Below, piece by piece: positions 12,391 to 23,709 of a stretch of DNA of 61,689 nucleotides (position 1 is its first letter; the number at the start of each line of letters is the position of its first letter). Source of the stretch: Vicugna vicugna. Taxonomy: Eukaryota. The DNA is taken from positions 744,001 to 805,689 of the forward strand of contig MU057503.1 in the NCBI GenBank assembly GCA_013265495.1, written 5' to 3'. A model generated the notes under the pieces. That model saw only the letters and a program-made list of their open reading frames with translations, made no database searches and was not told the DNA's origin. The position numbers and the translations under genes are program-made.

Positions 12391-13249
12391 CAGAAATTTA
12401 CTATATGAAGTTACTGGCAACAGAGTAAACTAATGTATTATTTATTCTTCAAATAAGATTATTTTGTTCCACAGTGAGAATTGTTACCAGCACCGTAGCA
12501 CCAGGATGCACGCTTAAGATGAAATAAAGATGTCTTTGTTTAATGAGCACTTGTCCCCATCCACTTTTTTTTCCAACTGAAATTGGAGGACTGGTGCATT
12601 TTGAACATCAGTGGAAACTGGCAAACAGGACTTGGTTTTGAGTGAAAAGACAGGTCAGACGTATGCTATTCAGTTATTGAAAGAGAAGAGGCTCCAGATA
12701 CTGCAACCAGAAACTTTTAGAGAAAGCAGAATACCTCGGTCATTTCCATATGAAAGGCGCAGGTAGGAGTTCAATAGCTCCTTTTCTTCTTTGGAGAAAA
12801 CGAGTGTAGCTTTCTGCTGGCTGATAAAAATTTGATCAGGGGAAGAGGGGCCCCTGTGCTTCCTTCAGGCAGAAAATAAACTCTCTGACTGCTGCTTTCT
12901 GCTCGAGGTCTTCCCGAGTCATGCTGTATGTCTCGAAGACGGTGTCACTGACCTCCAGAGCAAAAGCAACCAAGGGCACCAGCAGAGTGGCAGGGGGCGG
13001 CCAGGTCATTTGTGTCTTCTTGCATTGGTGAGGTGTGGGCTGAGGTCTCACCTTGTTATTCATTTTGCTGGATGAATAGGGCCAGGTTTGGGAGCTTCTA
13101 AGTTAGTAAGAGCTATAAGGCAAAACTCTGGGGCCAGGGCTTGGCTGTGTGAGTTCAAGTGTTTCACTCCAAGGGTTTGTATCCCGCTCCCACTCTTCGA
13201 GGATGTTGATGTTGAAAGGGGTTTTTGAATGAAGGTTGGGTGTGTTACA

Positions 13250-13593
13250 CAGTCTTCCCTGGGTATCCGTGGGGGCGTGGTTCCAGGACCCCCCGTGGAT
13301 ACCAAAATCCACGGATGCTCAAGTCGCTTATATGAAATGGCGTAGTATTTGCAGACAACCCTGCACATCCTCCCTTATGCTTCAAATCATCTCTAGATTA
13401 ATATAAGAATTTACATAAAGTAGGTGCTATGTAAATAGTTGTAATACAATGTAAATGCTATGTAAATAAATAGTTGCCCCTGGGGCAAATTCAAGTCTTG
13501 AGTTTTGGAACTTTCTGGAATTTTTTTGCCTAATATTTTCTGTCTGGGCTTGATTGAATCCTCAGGTACAGAACCTGCATGGAGGGCCAACTG
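13250..13593 (+). mobile_element. MER2 (Tigger-family MITE), near full length
   Basis: cagtcttccctgggtatccgtgggggcgtggttccaggaccccccgtggataccaaaatccacggatgctcaagtc ... ggagggccaactg followed by TA. Confidence 0.9.
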
Positions 13594-13865
13594 TATAGTA
13601 AAGTAGTGAGAATGGTGTACAACTCATTTCAGCTTAACACACACACACAGACATCGCAGGTCAGCCCCATTCAGTATTTTCGGCGTTCTTTCGATTTTCA
13701 TAAACCTTGAGTACCTCTTCTCTGCTAGGTCCTGTTAAAGTGCTTCACTTGTCGGACCTTCAGCTTTCATGCCAGCTGCAGCTCCCTGTTCCGCTCCCTC
13801 CAGGGCTCCCTCCTTCTGCGTCAGTTAGAAACAACACAGAGAATATGATATTTCTCCATCTGAGA

Positions 13866-13914
13866 GGTTTGGGTTTGGGTTTGGGTTTGGGTTTGGGTTT
13901 TGGTTTTGGTTTTG
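13866..13914 (+). repeat. (GGGTTT)5 repeat grading into (GGTTTT)n
   Basis: ggtttgggtttgggtttgggtttgggtttgggttttggttttggttttg. Confidence 0.95.
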
Positions 13915-16334
13915 ACCATGTCCCTAGATGTGGGTTTGTTAACTTGATTTGGTGCCTTTAGTCTTCTGGGCATGTTTGTTTATTATAACTAGCATTTAGA
14001 CACAGTATTATAAACTGACTATACCTCAATTAAAAAAAAAACCTATCAAGGATCACAGATCTAGAGAGCCACAAAACCATGTTATCAGTCAGCTTTATTT
14101 GTTCATTTGTGAAATATGACAGTCCCGACCTAAGCTGGCCACCTTGTAAATTCAGTCTATGGTCATACGGAGAATAAAGTAAATAAAGGTACATGTGGTT
14201 GGGTATAACCCGTGACATTACCAGCGTCACAATTCAGAGTCCGAGAGTGAGACCAGGAGCAGCTCTCTCTTATAAAAAAGAATAAACCTTAGACCAAGTG
14301 TACAGATTCACAAATTATGAGTGAAACAAAAGCAAACTTCAGTGCTGCCTCTTATCCTCCCGAGTTTTAGCAGGGAGGAAAGGGGAAATTTAGCAGCGGG
14401 AATACAGGGTTATGGTTTCTTACCCTAAGATATCAGCACCTGCGCACAGCATCTTGGTTCCCGGTGGGTATCCAAGGAAACTAGGAAGACCGTCGGTCCT
14501 CATCCTGTTAGGAAAAGCAGCTTTTCTTCCAGTGGATCTTAGCAGGTGCAGCAGCGGCTGCAGACCCTGAATATGTGCCCTGTTGCCTCAGGCTGCCCTG
14601 GAAAGACCTCCTTTATGGGATAGTTAGTGTAGTCCTGACTTACCTCAGGAGAAGTCAGGATTTTACAATCTGGGATGCCCAGACAAAAATGACCCATCCG
14701 TCTTTTAAAGTATAGGGCTGAAAACCATCTCGTTCTTTCATTTCACAATCTACTGAGTGCTTAAATTCAAACTGTTAAGTTATCACCAGATTTTGTCAGA
14801 CAGCTTTGCAAGTAAGGCTTCAAAGTGTAAGCTAATTTAGAGAACAGTCCGATGACAAAGGTGAGATGAGCATCATTACCAAATGGCTTTTGTTCGGTGG
14901 AGCTTAAACCCAAAAGGATTTTTGCAAGAATGAGGAATCCCTACTAATGCCAAACCCCTTTGGATGACAGGTCAATGACTTCAGCTTTGTATGTAAAATA
15001 TGGCACATGCATACTTGTTATATATTTGTTTGGAACCAGTGGAATCAGATACTGGCTAGCTTACTATGAGGTGGCAGTGTATTGTAGCACCTTGAAAATA
15101 GTTTAGCAAATAACAATTTCAAAACACAGGCTCAGGTATAAGAAAGATAACCTTATTTCCCTTTAACTCTGCTTCTATTATGTAGAAATGCAATCTCAGG
15201 CAATTTGTGGTTCCTGCCTGCTGGGAGTGTAGTGTATCTGACAAGTTCCAGGGGCTTATGGGGGAAGGCCCAAGGCACTGGCAGGAGAGAGAGGAGAGGA
15301 ACTGAGTGCTCAGTATCATGCAGGCACCAGTAAACATCCCTTGCTGCACCAGTCCTTGCACTGACCTGGGCAGTGTAGGGTCTGGGCACCTCGGCCAGCG
15401 TGGGTCAGGCAAGCTCAAGGTGATTGCAGTTAGAAAGAAGCTTCGTTGCTGGTATTTCTAAGGCCTTTGAGATACAGTTAAAGGCAGGAATTTCAAAGTT
15501 AACATTTTAAAAATTATGAAACACTGTAAGTATCTGCAAAAATAGAGGACAGTGAACCCCCAAGTGTGCATCACCCAGTGACAGCAATCATAAGTGTTTA
15601 TCTCACCTACATCCCTTCTATAAGAGACTATTTTGAAGCGAGTCCCAGACAATATTCAATAACAGTGGATTTTAATGAGACCTGGACTCGCTTCTAGTAC
15701 GAGGCCTGGGCCCTTGCCCTGGTTGCCCAGCCCAAGGGATGGGCTTGGTTGCATGTTGGTCACCTCTGAGAAGCCTCTCCTTTTGTGGTCCCTTCAGACC
15801 AAAGCCTCTCTCTCCTTTAGTGCTATAACTGAGGTATTTATAGCCCCTTGGGGCACAGTAATTTTCCTGAAGTTCTCTGTGATCTATGTCTCCCCAGATA
15901 GGCACCAGAATCCCTCACTGACCCCAAGTCCGACCTGGGATGTGAGATGTTGGGTCCCTCGCAGATACCCACCGAGGTGTCTGCTCCCCCTTCTCCTGAT
16001 GCTCCTCTTCCTCAGTGCCGTTTCTAAAGGACGGGTGGTTGGGAGTATGGGGTGCTGATGGAGGGAAGGCGTGTTGCAAACATCTAGTCTACCCTGGAGT
16101 TCTCAGAAGTCGCCGTCAGGAAGAGTCTTCAGCTGAGTTCTGCTTTTGGATCTATTGTATCTCTCCCCAGGGGCTGGGAGCTCAGAACCTAGCATCTCTA
16201 CAAATGGGATGGGAGAAAGGGAAAAAATAATATTTCAGCAATCTTGTCCTGCTAGATATTGTGTTGAAAACTCTGTTTCAGAAAGTGAGTGAAGCCAGCA
16301 CAGCATCCTTCGTAGTCTTGCAAGTTGTGAGAGG

Positions 16335-16556
16335 CTGGGCAGGGATGTGGGTTCTGGAGCAGATAGACGTGGATTGTAATTTCTTTTACAATTCAAGGTA
16401 TTTTGTGTCTTTTCCTCTGCTTTCTCATCTGTATAATGGGGATGATAACAGCTACTTAAATGTCATTATTAGGAGGTGGAATAATATCTTAATCTCAATG
16501 CTAGTTACACATTAAGCACCTAATAGCATTAAGTATTATTATTATTATTATTATTA
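16335..16556 (+). mobile_element. MIR SINE with (ATT)n tail
   Basis: ttctggagcagatag...tttctcatctgtataatggggatgataacagctac...tattattattattattatta. Confidence 0.7.
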
Positions 16557-16904
16557 CAGATGCTATGAGAATGGAAATGAATTCTCACTAAGGTCATATA
16601 GGAAGCTTTCTCAGGAAAATTGACTCAAATTGAGTCTCGAAGAGCATGTATGTCTTTTGTAGACAAATATGGGGGGGTGGCAGGAAGCACATTTTAGGTA
16701 AAGAAAACATGTCTGGCATCCTTTTTTATCATCACAAAAAATTATTAACCACGAAAAATAATATTAACTAAAGATAGAATGGGTTTTCTTTTTTTTTCCA
16801 TATAGTTAAGCCCCCCTTTATTATAAGCAAAACATGCTTAGAGAAAATATTTAGAAAATGCAGACAAAATTATACTACTCATCATACCATCTTCAAGATA
16901 TAAA

Positions 16905-17190
16905 ACTTTTTAATGGTGGTAAAATATACATACTATAAAATTTACCATCTTGACCATCTTTAAGTAGTGTTAATTACATGTACACTGTTGTGAAACCAGT
17001 CTCCAGTTTTTGTTTTCATTTTTCCTAACTGAAACTCTGTCCTCGTGCAACAGTGACTCCCCTTCCTCTCCCGTCCCAGCCCCTGGCAGCCACAGCTACC
17101 TTCTGTGTCTATGAATTTGAGTACTCTAGGCATTCATGTAAGGGGAATCATACAGTATTTATCTTTTTGTGACTGGATAATTTCACTTAA
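16905..17190 (-). mobile_element. L1MB-like 3' end
   Basis: gtggtaaaatatacatactataaaatttaccatcttgaccat...cccagcccctggcagccac...ggaatcatacagtatttatctttttgtgactgg. Confidence 0.8.
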
Positions 17191-17339
17191 AATTGATCAT
17201 TTAATCTAGTTATGTTACCTGTTTTTGTACGGAAATGTTTGGATCCACCACGGTCTGTTTAACCATTTCCCTATAGCTGGGGGCTTATGATAATATTTTA
17301 TTTATTATATATATTATATAAATATTTTATTTATTTATT

Positions 17340-17510
17340 ATTCCATTTCTCTGCTGATCTTGAATAAACCCCTCTTTGCTAGAGAAACATCTGGCAGTCT
17401 GCGTCTTTCGGGTCAATAACATTCTGCCTGTATTTGTGAAAATCTGAATTGCTTCCAAAACGATGGCCAGAAGGACTGGGAAGGGAGCGCATAGTCATTG
17501 ACCTTGTATT
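17340..17510 (+). repeat. Local dispersed duplication of 19732-19900
   Basis: 171 bp versus 169 bp, differing by 4 substitutions and one 2-bp indel. The last 93 bp (17418-17510 = 19808-19900) are identical. Confidence 0.97.
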
Positions 17511-19456
17511 TATTAATCATTATAAATGACACTGCAGTTATAATCCTTATAGTAAACATTCAGGCACATTCATTGTTAGTTCTTTAGAATACATTTCTAG
17601 GTGCACAGATACATTTCCTGGGTCAGAGGGCATGCACAGACGCACACATTAGGCTTTTGAGGTATATTGACACCTGCCCTCTAGAAACGTGGTAGCAAAT
17701 TCCACTCCTATCTGTGATGTGGGTGCTGGTTTCCTTGCCCCATTTACTTTTCTTCTTCCTTCTTTTTTTTAACAACTTAAGTTAGAACCAGTTTTGATCC
17801 CCTGTCAGTCACTGCTTAAAGCCCAGTGAAGCTCAGACTTCACAATGGATGCACCAAGCACCTCGCTTACACGCTGGCCCCAAGAGCGGGGGAAGCCAGC
17901 TGAGAACTTCATGCTTCAAAAAGTTCAGAGCAGTTAACCTAATCCTGCTTAACCATGAAATCTCAGGCTCCCCGTTCAGGAGTCCTCCGTCTTTGAAGGG
18001 ACAGAGAATCAGCTTATTTAGTGGCCGCAGGATACAGCTCGCACTGACGGAATCTACCTTTGTTTTTTAAATTTAATTCCTAACGATACCTGTTTGGGGG
18101 GAAATTCAGCAAATCATTTAATTCAAGTTAAAATGCCAGAATAAGAGAAAATAATGTCTAATGTAAAACAGATGATCACATCTACTAAAAAGAACCCCCT
18201 ACAAAGAGTTGCCTTGAAATTTATTCTGGGAAGATGCTTTAAACGCTTTATTAAGAAAATCAAGAGTATGAGCATACAAATTACCTATGGTTAGGTTTCT
18301 TTTTATTATGTCATGACAATTGTATTTTCAGATATACTCATCCAGGTACTAGATTTTCTTGATTACTGTCAAGTGCAAATTTAGCACAAGTTTTGTTCAG
18401 TATGCTGTTTCCTAAACAATCAGTTTCAGAGATTTAGCATGGTAATAAAAAATTAATCAGCTTGGAGATCAGTGAAAACATTGCTTCTGGAAATAGATTG
18501 ACTGGGACATAGTACTTTAGCAAAGTAAAAGATACTGGAAGGATTCTAAACCCATGTCAGGAGGAAATACCAGCTAATAACTAATTTAGGCTTAATTGCT
18601 TCATGATGAATACACACTGGCGCGCGCACACACACACACTAAAATGAAGAAAGAGCAGGAGAACATAGAACAGCATTGGTTTGGAAGCCATTTCCTTTGC
18701 AGTTTGTATCTTGAGCATCCCCAAGGGTGGGCATGGATTTTGGTTTGGGTTTTGATGGTTCTGGACAGTGATCCAGTCTTCAGTCATAACTGGTGATTTT
18801 TTTCCCCTTTGGCTTGCCCCTGTCAGTTAAGGCCTGATTATGAAATTCCACTTGACTTTTTTCCCCTATCTTCCTCTTTTTATTATTTGTCATATGAAGA
18901 CAGAGTCACTGGTGTCAGCAGCCCCTGACTTATGATTAAAGCTGAGTATAGTCAGATCCTGGCCTGATTTCAGGACACGGCCGGGAGGGAAGGGCTGGTC
19001 GGGACGGGAGAAGTAGCTGTTGTGAGAACTTTGAGCAAGTATTCCCAGCAAGGGCCATCTCATCCCCAATGGAGCGAAACTGGGGACGAAAAAATACTCT
19101 ATTCTTTTTATGTGTAAAGCACAGGTGCACAGTATATCTGTGGAGGTAAAATATCTCGTGAGGTTAATGATTAGAAAGGCTCAGGGTGGGGACAATAAAG
19201 AAATAAAGATGAGAAATATTAGATGAATGGCAACAGTTGTTTAGCAGGCACTCAGCTGCCTAGGAATGACTAAATTTAAGAATCTCTGTTCTTTAAAAGG
19301 GAAGCGTTCGTCTTTATAGAATGTCTCCAAGGAGTGCTGTAGGGCTGGAGGGGAGAGTATAGACTAAGATTCTCTCAGTTCTTTCCCACTCCTACCTTTC
19401 TAGAATTCCCAGTGGAGAGGACAGCACAGGATAAAGGTCTGAATCAGAAATAAGAG

Positions 19457-19808
19457 TGTAAAAAATGAATAAACAGAAACCTCAGTTAAATACAGTGAGG
19501 AGACCAGCCGGGGGGACAGAAGGGAGCATGACAGCCTGTGACGACAGCAGAGCCCGACAGAAAGAAGGAAGACTCCTCTTCTTTCCCGGCAAGGACTCAG
19601 CCAGGGAGAAGCTGTGGGCTCTTTGCTGTGGACTACGGCTCCCAGCCTCCTTCTCCCGCTCTGAAGAAGTCTTTCTCCTTCCTTTGCCGGGGGCGTAACT
19701 TCACGTGGCTCACCATGGTGGCAAGTCTCAAATTCCATTTCTCTGCTGATCTTGAATAAACCCCTTTGCTAGAGAAATAACTGGCAGTCTGCGTCTTTCG
19801 GTTCAACA
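19457..19808 (+). mobile_element. ERV1-type solo LTR (family not named)
   Basis: TGTA...AACA ends with AATAAA near 19755. Homologous in reverse orientation to 21881-22190. Confidence 0.8.
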
Positions 19809-19949
19809 ACATTCTGCCTGTATTTGTGAAAATCTGAATTGCTTCCAAAACGATGGCCAGAAGGACTGGGAAGGGAGCGCATAGTCATTGACCTTGTATT
19901 ACGTGTCGGGCATTGAGGGGCTAGTTGATTCTGTATTTGAGGGGAGCTC

Positions 19950-20343
19950 TGGAAGATTGTTCACAAAAATGGCTACAATTATTCCTACAGCTGTGCCCTC
20001 TGCAATGCCACTTCGCAGCATCTCCGGTCAAGAGGTAGCCCTGTTTCTCCAGCCCTTGCCTGCTGGGGCCTTAGGAGGCCTTTGTGTGCTTGTACTTAAG
20101 GACCCCTGTGTCCTCTGGGTAAATAAGCTTGAGGTAGCCTGATGGGGGATTAGTGACCATGGGGAGCAGAGATGGCCCATCCCTGCCCACGGGGCACTTG
20201 GCTGGCCCAGCACCTGCCCACAGACACAGGAGTAAATCCAAGCAAGACTAGACCCACAGAATTGTGAACAAAACTAGTGATTGGTGCTTTTAGCCACTAC
20301 GTTTCAGAATGACCTGTTTATGTGGTAGCAGCTAACTGGGACT
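19950..20343 (+). mobile_element. MLT1G/H-like MaLR LTR
   Basis: aaaaatggctacaattattcc...gacccacagaattgtgaac...ttttagccactacgttt...agcagctaactgg. Confidence 0.7.
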
Positions 20344-20486
20344 AATTCGAATGCTACCTTAACAGGTGTGGACAAGGCCCCCAAACCAACCAACCAACCA
20401 GCAAGCCCAGCACGCACAGGCAAATAACATTAAAAAAGCACAAAAATCTACCCCGAATCAGATGTCTCCTGACTTCACATGGTAAA

Positions 20487-20891
20487 TGTGATGGTTAATT
20501 TTACTGTCAACTTGGCTAGGCTAGAGTGCCCCGTTGTTTGGTCAAACACCAGTCCAGATGTGGCTGTGAATGTGTTTTTTTAGCTGTGATTAACATTAAA
20601 TCTGCAGATACTGAGTAATGCAGATTATTCTCCATAACGTGGGTGGGGCTCATCTAATTACTGGAAGGTCTTAAAAGACTGCGGTCCTCTGAAGGAGGGA
20701 GTTGTGCCTCTAGACTGCCTTTGGACTCAAGATGCAACATCAGCTCTTTCTGGAATTTCCAGCCTGCAGGTCTGCCCAGCAAATTTTGGACTTGCCAGCC
20801 TTCACATTCTCATGAACCAATTTTTAAAAATAAATCTCCCTTGCTGTGGATCTGATTGGTTCTGTTTCTCTGCAGAACCCTGACTAATACA
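20487..20891 (+). mobile_element. MLT2 (MLT2C/D-like) ERVL solo LTR
   Basis: tgtgatggttaatttt ... attggttctgtttctctgcagaaccctgactaataca, with a perfect 5-bp TSD GTAAA on both sides. Confidence 0.9.
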
Positions 20892-21819
20892 GTAAAGAGG
20901 AAGTTATTATTTAACTCTCAGACTATTAGCTTTGCTCAAAACCTGGCTTGGGCCACGGTAGCCTGCATAATTTAAGAACCAAGTTTTCCCTGAGATCTCC
21001 CTCCCAGTCTTGTTTCACAGAGAGGTTGCAGGGTCCAGGCTCAGCGAGGAGACTTACTCAAGTCTCTGCTCTTTACTTCCTCTAGCTGTCTTATGTCTCC
21101 GAGACCCCCCCCACCCCACCAGAGTGTTAGTGTCCTCTGACCCTGGCAGGTAAGTTCTTGACTTCTGTGTCCCTGATTAATGTCAGTGGAGACAGGTGTG
21201 TTCCAAGTGATCCTGGCACCGAGAAAGCTTTAGAGGGGTGTGTGTGTGTGTGCATGTGTGCGCATGTGTGTGCACACGTGTCTGCAGTACCATGTTGGGC
21301 ATGGAAAGGCCCCTCACAGCCTCTGCTGGGACAGATGCTACCACCACCACACAGTGACACAAGCTCTTCTGGGTCCTGAGGCTCTGGAATGGGACACACG
21401 CTTCCCTCTTTTATATCAAGTGTTCACTTAGGTTTTTCAAACAGGCCGGCAGCCCAGTGCAGCAGTGTCTCTAACACCTCTTTGACCGTGATACTCTGTC
21501 TTCACGTGAACATTTACATAAACATCCAACGTATAAAAGGGAGAAAAGTGGAGTGGCTCTGTTGCGGTGAGTTGGGAGGTCCACAGTGCTTCCTTTTTGT
21601 CCCTTCTCGTCACGCTCTGGGCAGTTTCTGAGGAGACTTTGTGGAACTGCGGGGGCTTTGAGAGGCCGTTTGAGCACCACTGAGGCTCAGGTGTGGTAGG
21701 GCCAAGTCTCTAAACCTCCCTGGACCTCAGCTTTCTCTAGAAGAGGATGGTGATCCGCTAAGTGATCACCGAAGGTGCTTCCAGCTCAAATGTTTCCTGA
21801 GTCTGTGATTTCTTGCTTC

Positions 21820-22368
21820 CAATAGTAATAGTAATGTTTACTGGGCATGGACTATATCTTAGGCATTTCATCCATGATTATGTTGACCTGGAATAAATAG
21901 ACTGTCAGATACTTCTCCAGCAAAGAGGGGTTTATTTGAGATTTGCAACCGTGATGAGCCACATGCAAGATCTCCCCAGTAAAGGAAGGAGAAGACTTTG
22001 TAGAGGGGAAAGGGACGTTGGGCGCAATGTGGTAAACAGAGTCCATGGCTTTTCATTGGCTGAGTCCTTGCCGGGAGCCAGGAGTGGGTTCTTTCTGTTG
22101 GGCTCTGCCATCATCACACGGTGTGAAAGCTCCCCCTGCTGGTCTCCCCACTCTATTTAATTGAGGTTTCCGTTCGTTAATTTTTTTACCGTTACTACCT
22201 CAGTTAATATAACCACCCTATAGAATAGGTATATTACCCCCATTTTACAGAAGAGGAAACAAAAGTTCAAAGAAATTAAGCAGTGATTAGGTGGCAGAAC
22301 CGGAACCTGAACCCAGGTCTGCGTGATTCCAATGACCACCATGCTCTTTCCACTAGACGGTACTGCTC
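21820..22368 (-). mobile_element. MIR SINE split by the LTR at 21881-22190
   Basis: aatagtaatagtaatgtttactgg...[LTR]...ccccattttacagaagaggaaac...gaacccaggtctg. Confidence 0.75.
21881..22190 (-). mobile_element. ERV1-type solo LTR, same family as 19457-19808
   Basis: The reverse complement aligns end to end with 19457-19808 (gaaacctcaattaaa, ggagaccagc, cccggcaaggactcagcca, ataaacccctctttgct, ggtcaaca). Approximate 4-bp TSD ATTA/GTTA. Confidence 0.8.
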
Positions 22369-23709
22369 GCCGTGAAGCAAGCAGTTCAGGTGAAGGGTCC
22401 CTGAAAATCCATTTTTGAATCCTTTCAGGAGCATTTTGTTTCTCTGCGGTTTCGACCCTTGGATGCTCCTTTAGTCACCCTATTACTTATGTAACCTGCC
22501 CTGCAGATTGCAGTCTGTTAGCCAGTCTTAAGGTGGTTCAAACGCAGATATCTCCAGTCAGTATGCTTTTTCATTGTCACTTACCTTTTATGAACTCTCC
22601 TAAAGTTTGTTCACCAGTGGGGATCCTTATCACAGAAACAGCATTACTTATCAAACAAAAAAGTAATTTCCTGGATGCCTCTCATTGGAGATGGGCAGCT
22701 GTTACTGTCCGTAAACCATGTCTGTTTCCTTTTAAGTCACCAGACGCTGTTTGGAAGTATGCTAATTAACATGTTCTCTCTGTTAGAGTGGTTTTCCAAG
22801 GAGCCTTCTCTAAAAATTTTTTTCTTATTCTTAAAAGCCCCCGAATATTCTTTGGTTGTATGTCGGTTATGTTGATTAAATGCAGACTGAACATGAATAC
22901 ACTCATCCAAAAAGGAAGAAAGTCCGCTTTGCGGTGGCAGCTTGATGTGGTGGCTGTGCAGGGCATTTAGCCAGCCCCACCATGATAGGAGACCCATTCA
23001 ATCTTACTCTTTTTAAGAACTGTCCCTTCTAAAATATTGCCATATTCCTTTTTACTCTGTTACTTCCTGCCCGATAAATACTCCACAGTTTCATTTTGCT
23101 CCATGTCATTACCACTCTGAGTTAGCTGAGCCTCACACCCGTGGCATCTATTTTGTTTCTCCAGTATGAAATGTCAGAAGGTTAAGAGATCAAATACTCA
23201 ATAGCTACATCGCTTTTGTAACACATACTCCTTTATTTAAGAGGCAATATTCTAGCCATCCTAAGATGAAAGTGGGTTGTGTTTTCCATCTTTTCCAACC
23301 CTCTCTTCCATTATTTTCCAGCCCCGGGTGGCCTCATTTCTATCAATGGTTAAGTAGCTGTGATGGTGGAGGTAGCTCGAGGCTCTTCTGAGGGAAGGTT
23401 TATGTGCAACGGGAGACTCTTACTCCCGCCTCTCCTTTTTTAGTGATGGGAAGATAGCTTTCCTGGATGTCCACAGCATTTTGATATTTTAGAGAAAAAT
23501 AGGAGTCTTGCAAACATAGAAATGGATTCCTTATAAAGCACTGTGCTCTGATACAAAAAGCATAATAAAACAAGCCGATGCTGAGCTACTTTGTAAAGGT
23601 GTGCCACGTAAATTTTACTCTCCCAGAGCCATCAGAGAAGTAAGTAGCTAATTAAATGGCAACTCCAGAGACTTTCTGTTAAAAGAATATATTTATATAA
23701 AATATATAC

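Noticed and set aside
18332..18345. 14-nt microexon-like ttttcag/ATATACTCATCCAG/gtacta
   Set aside because: The donor is weak, the length is not a multiple of three, and no host gene is evident.
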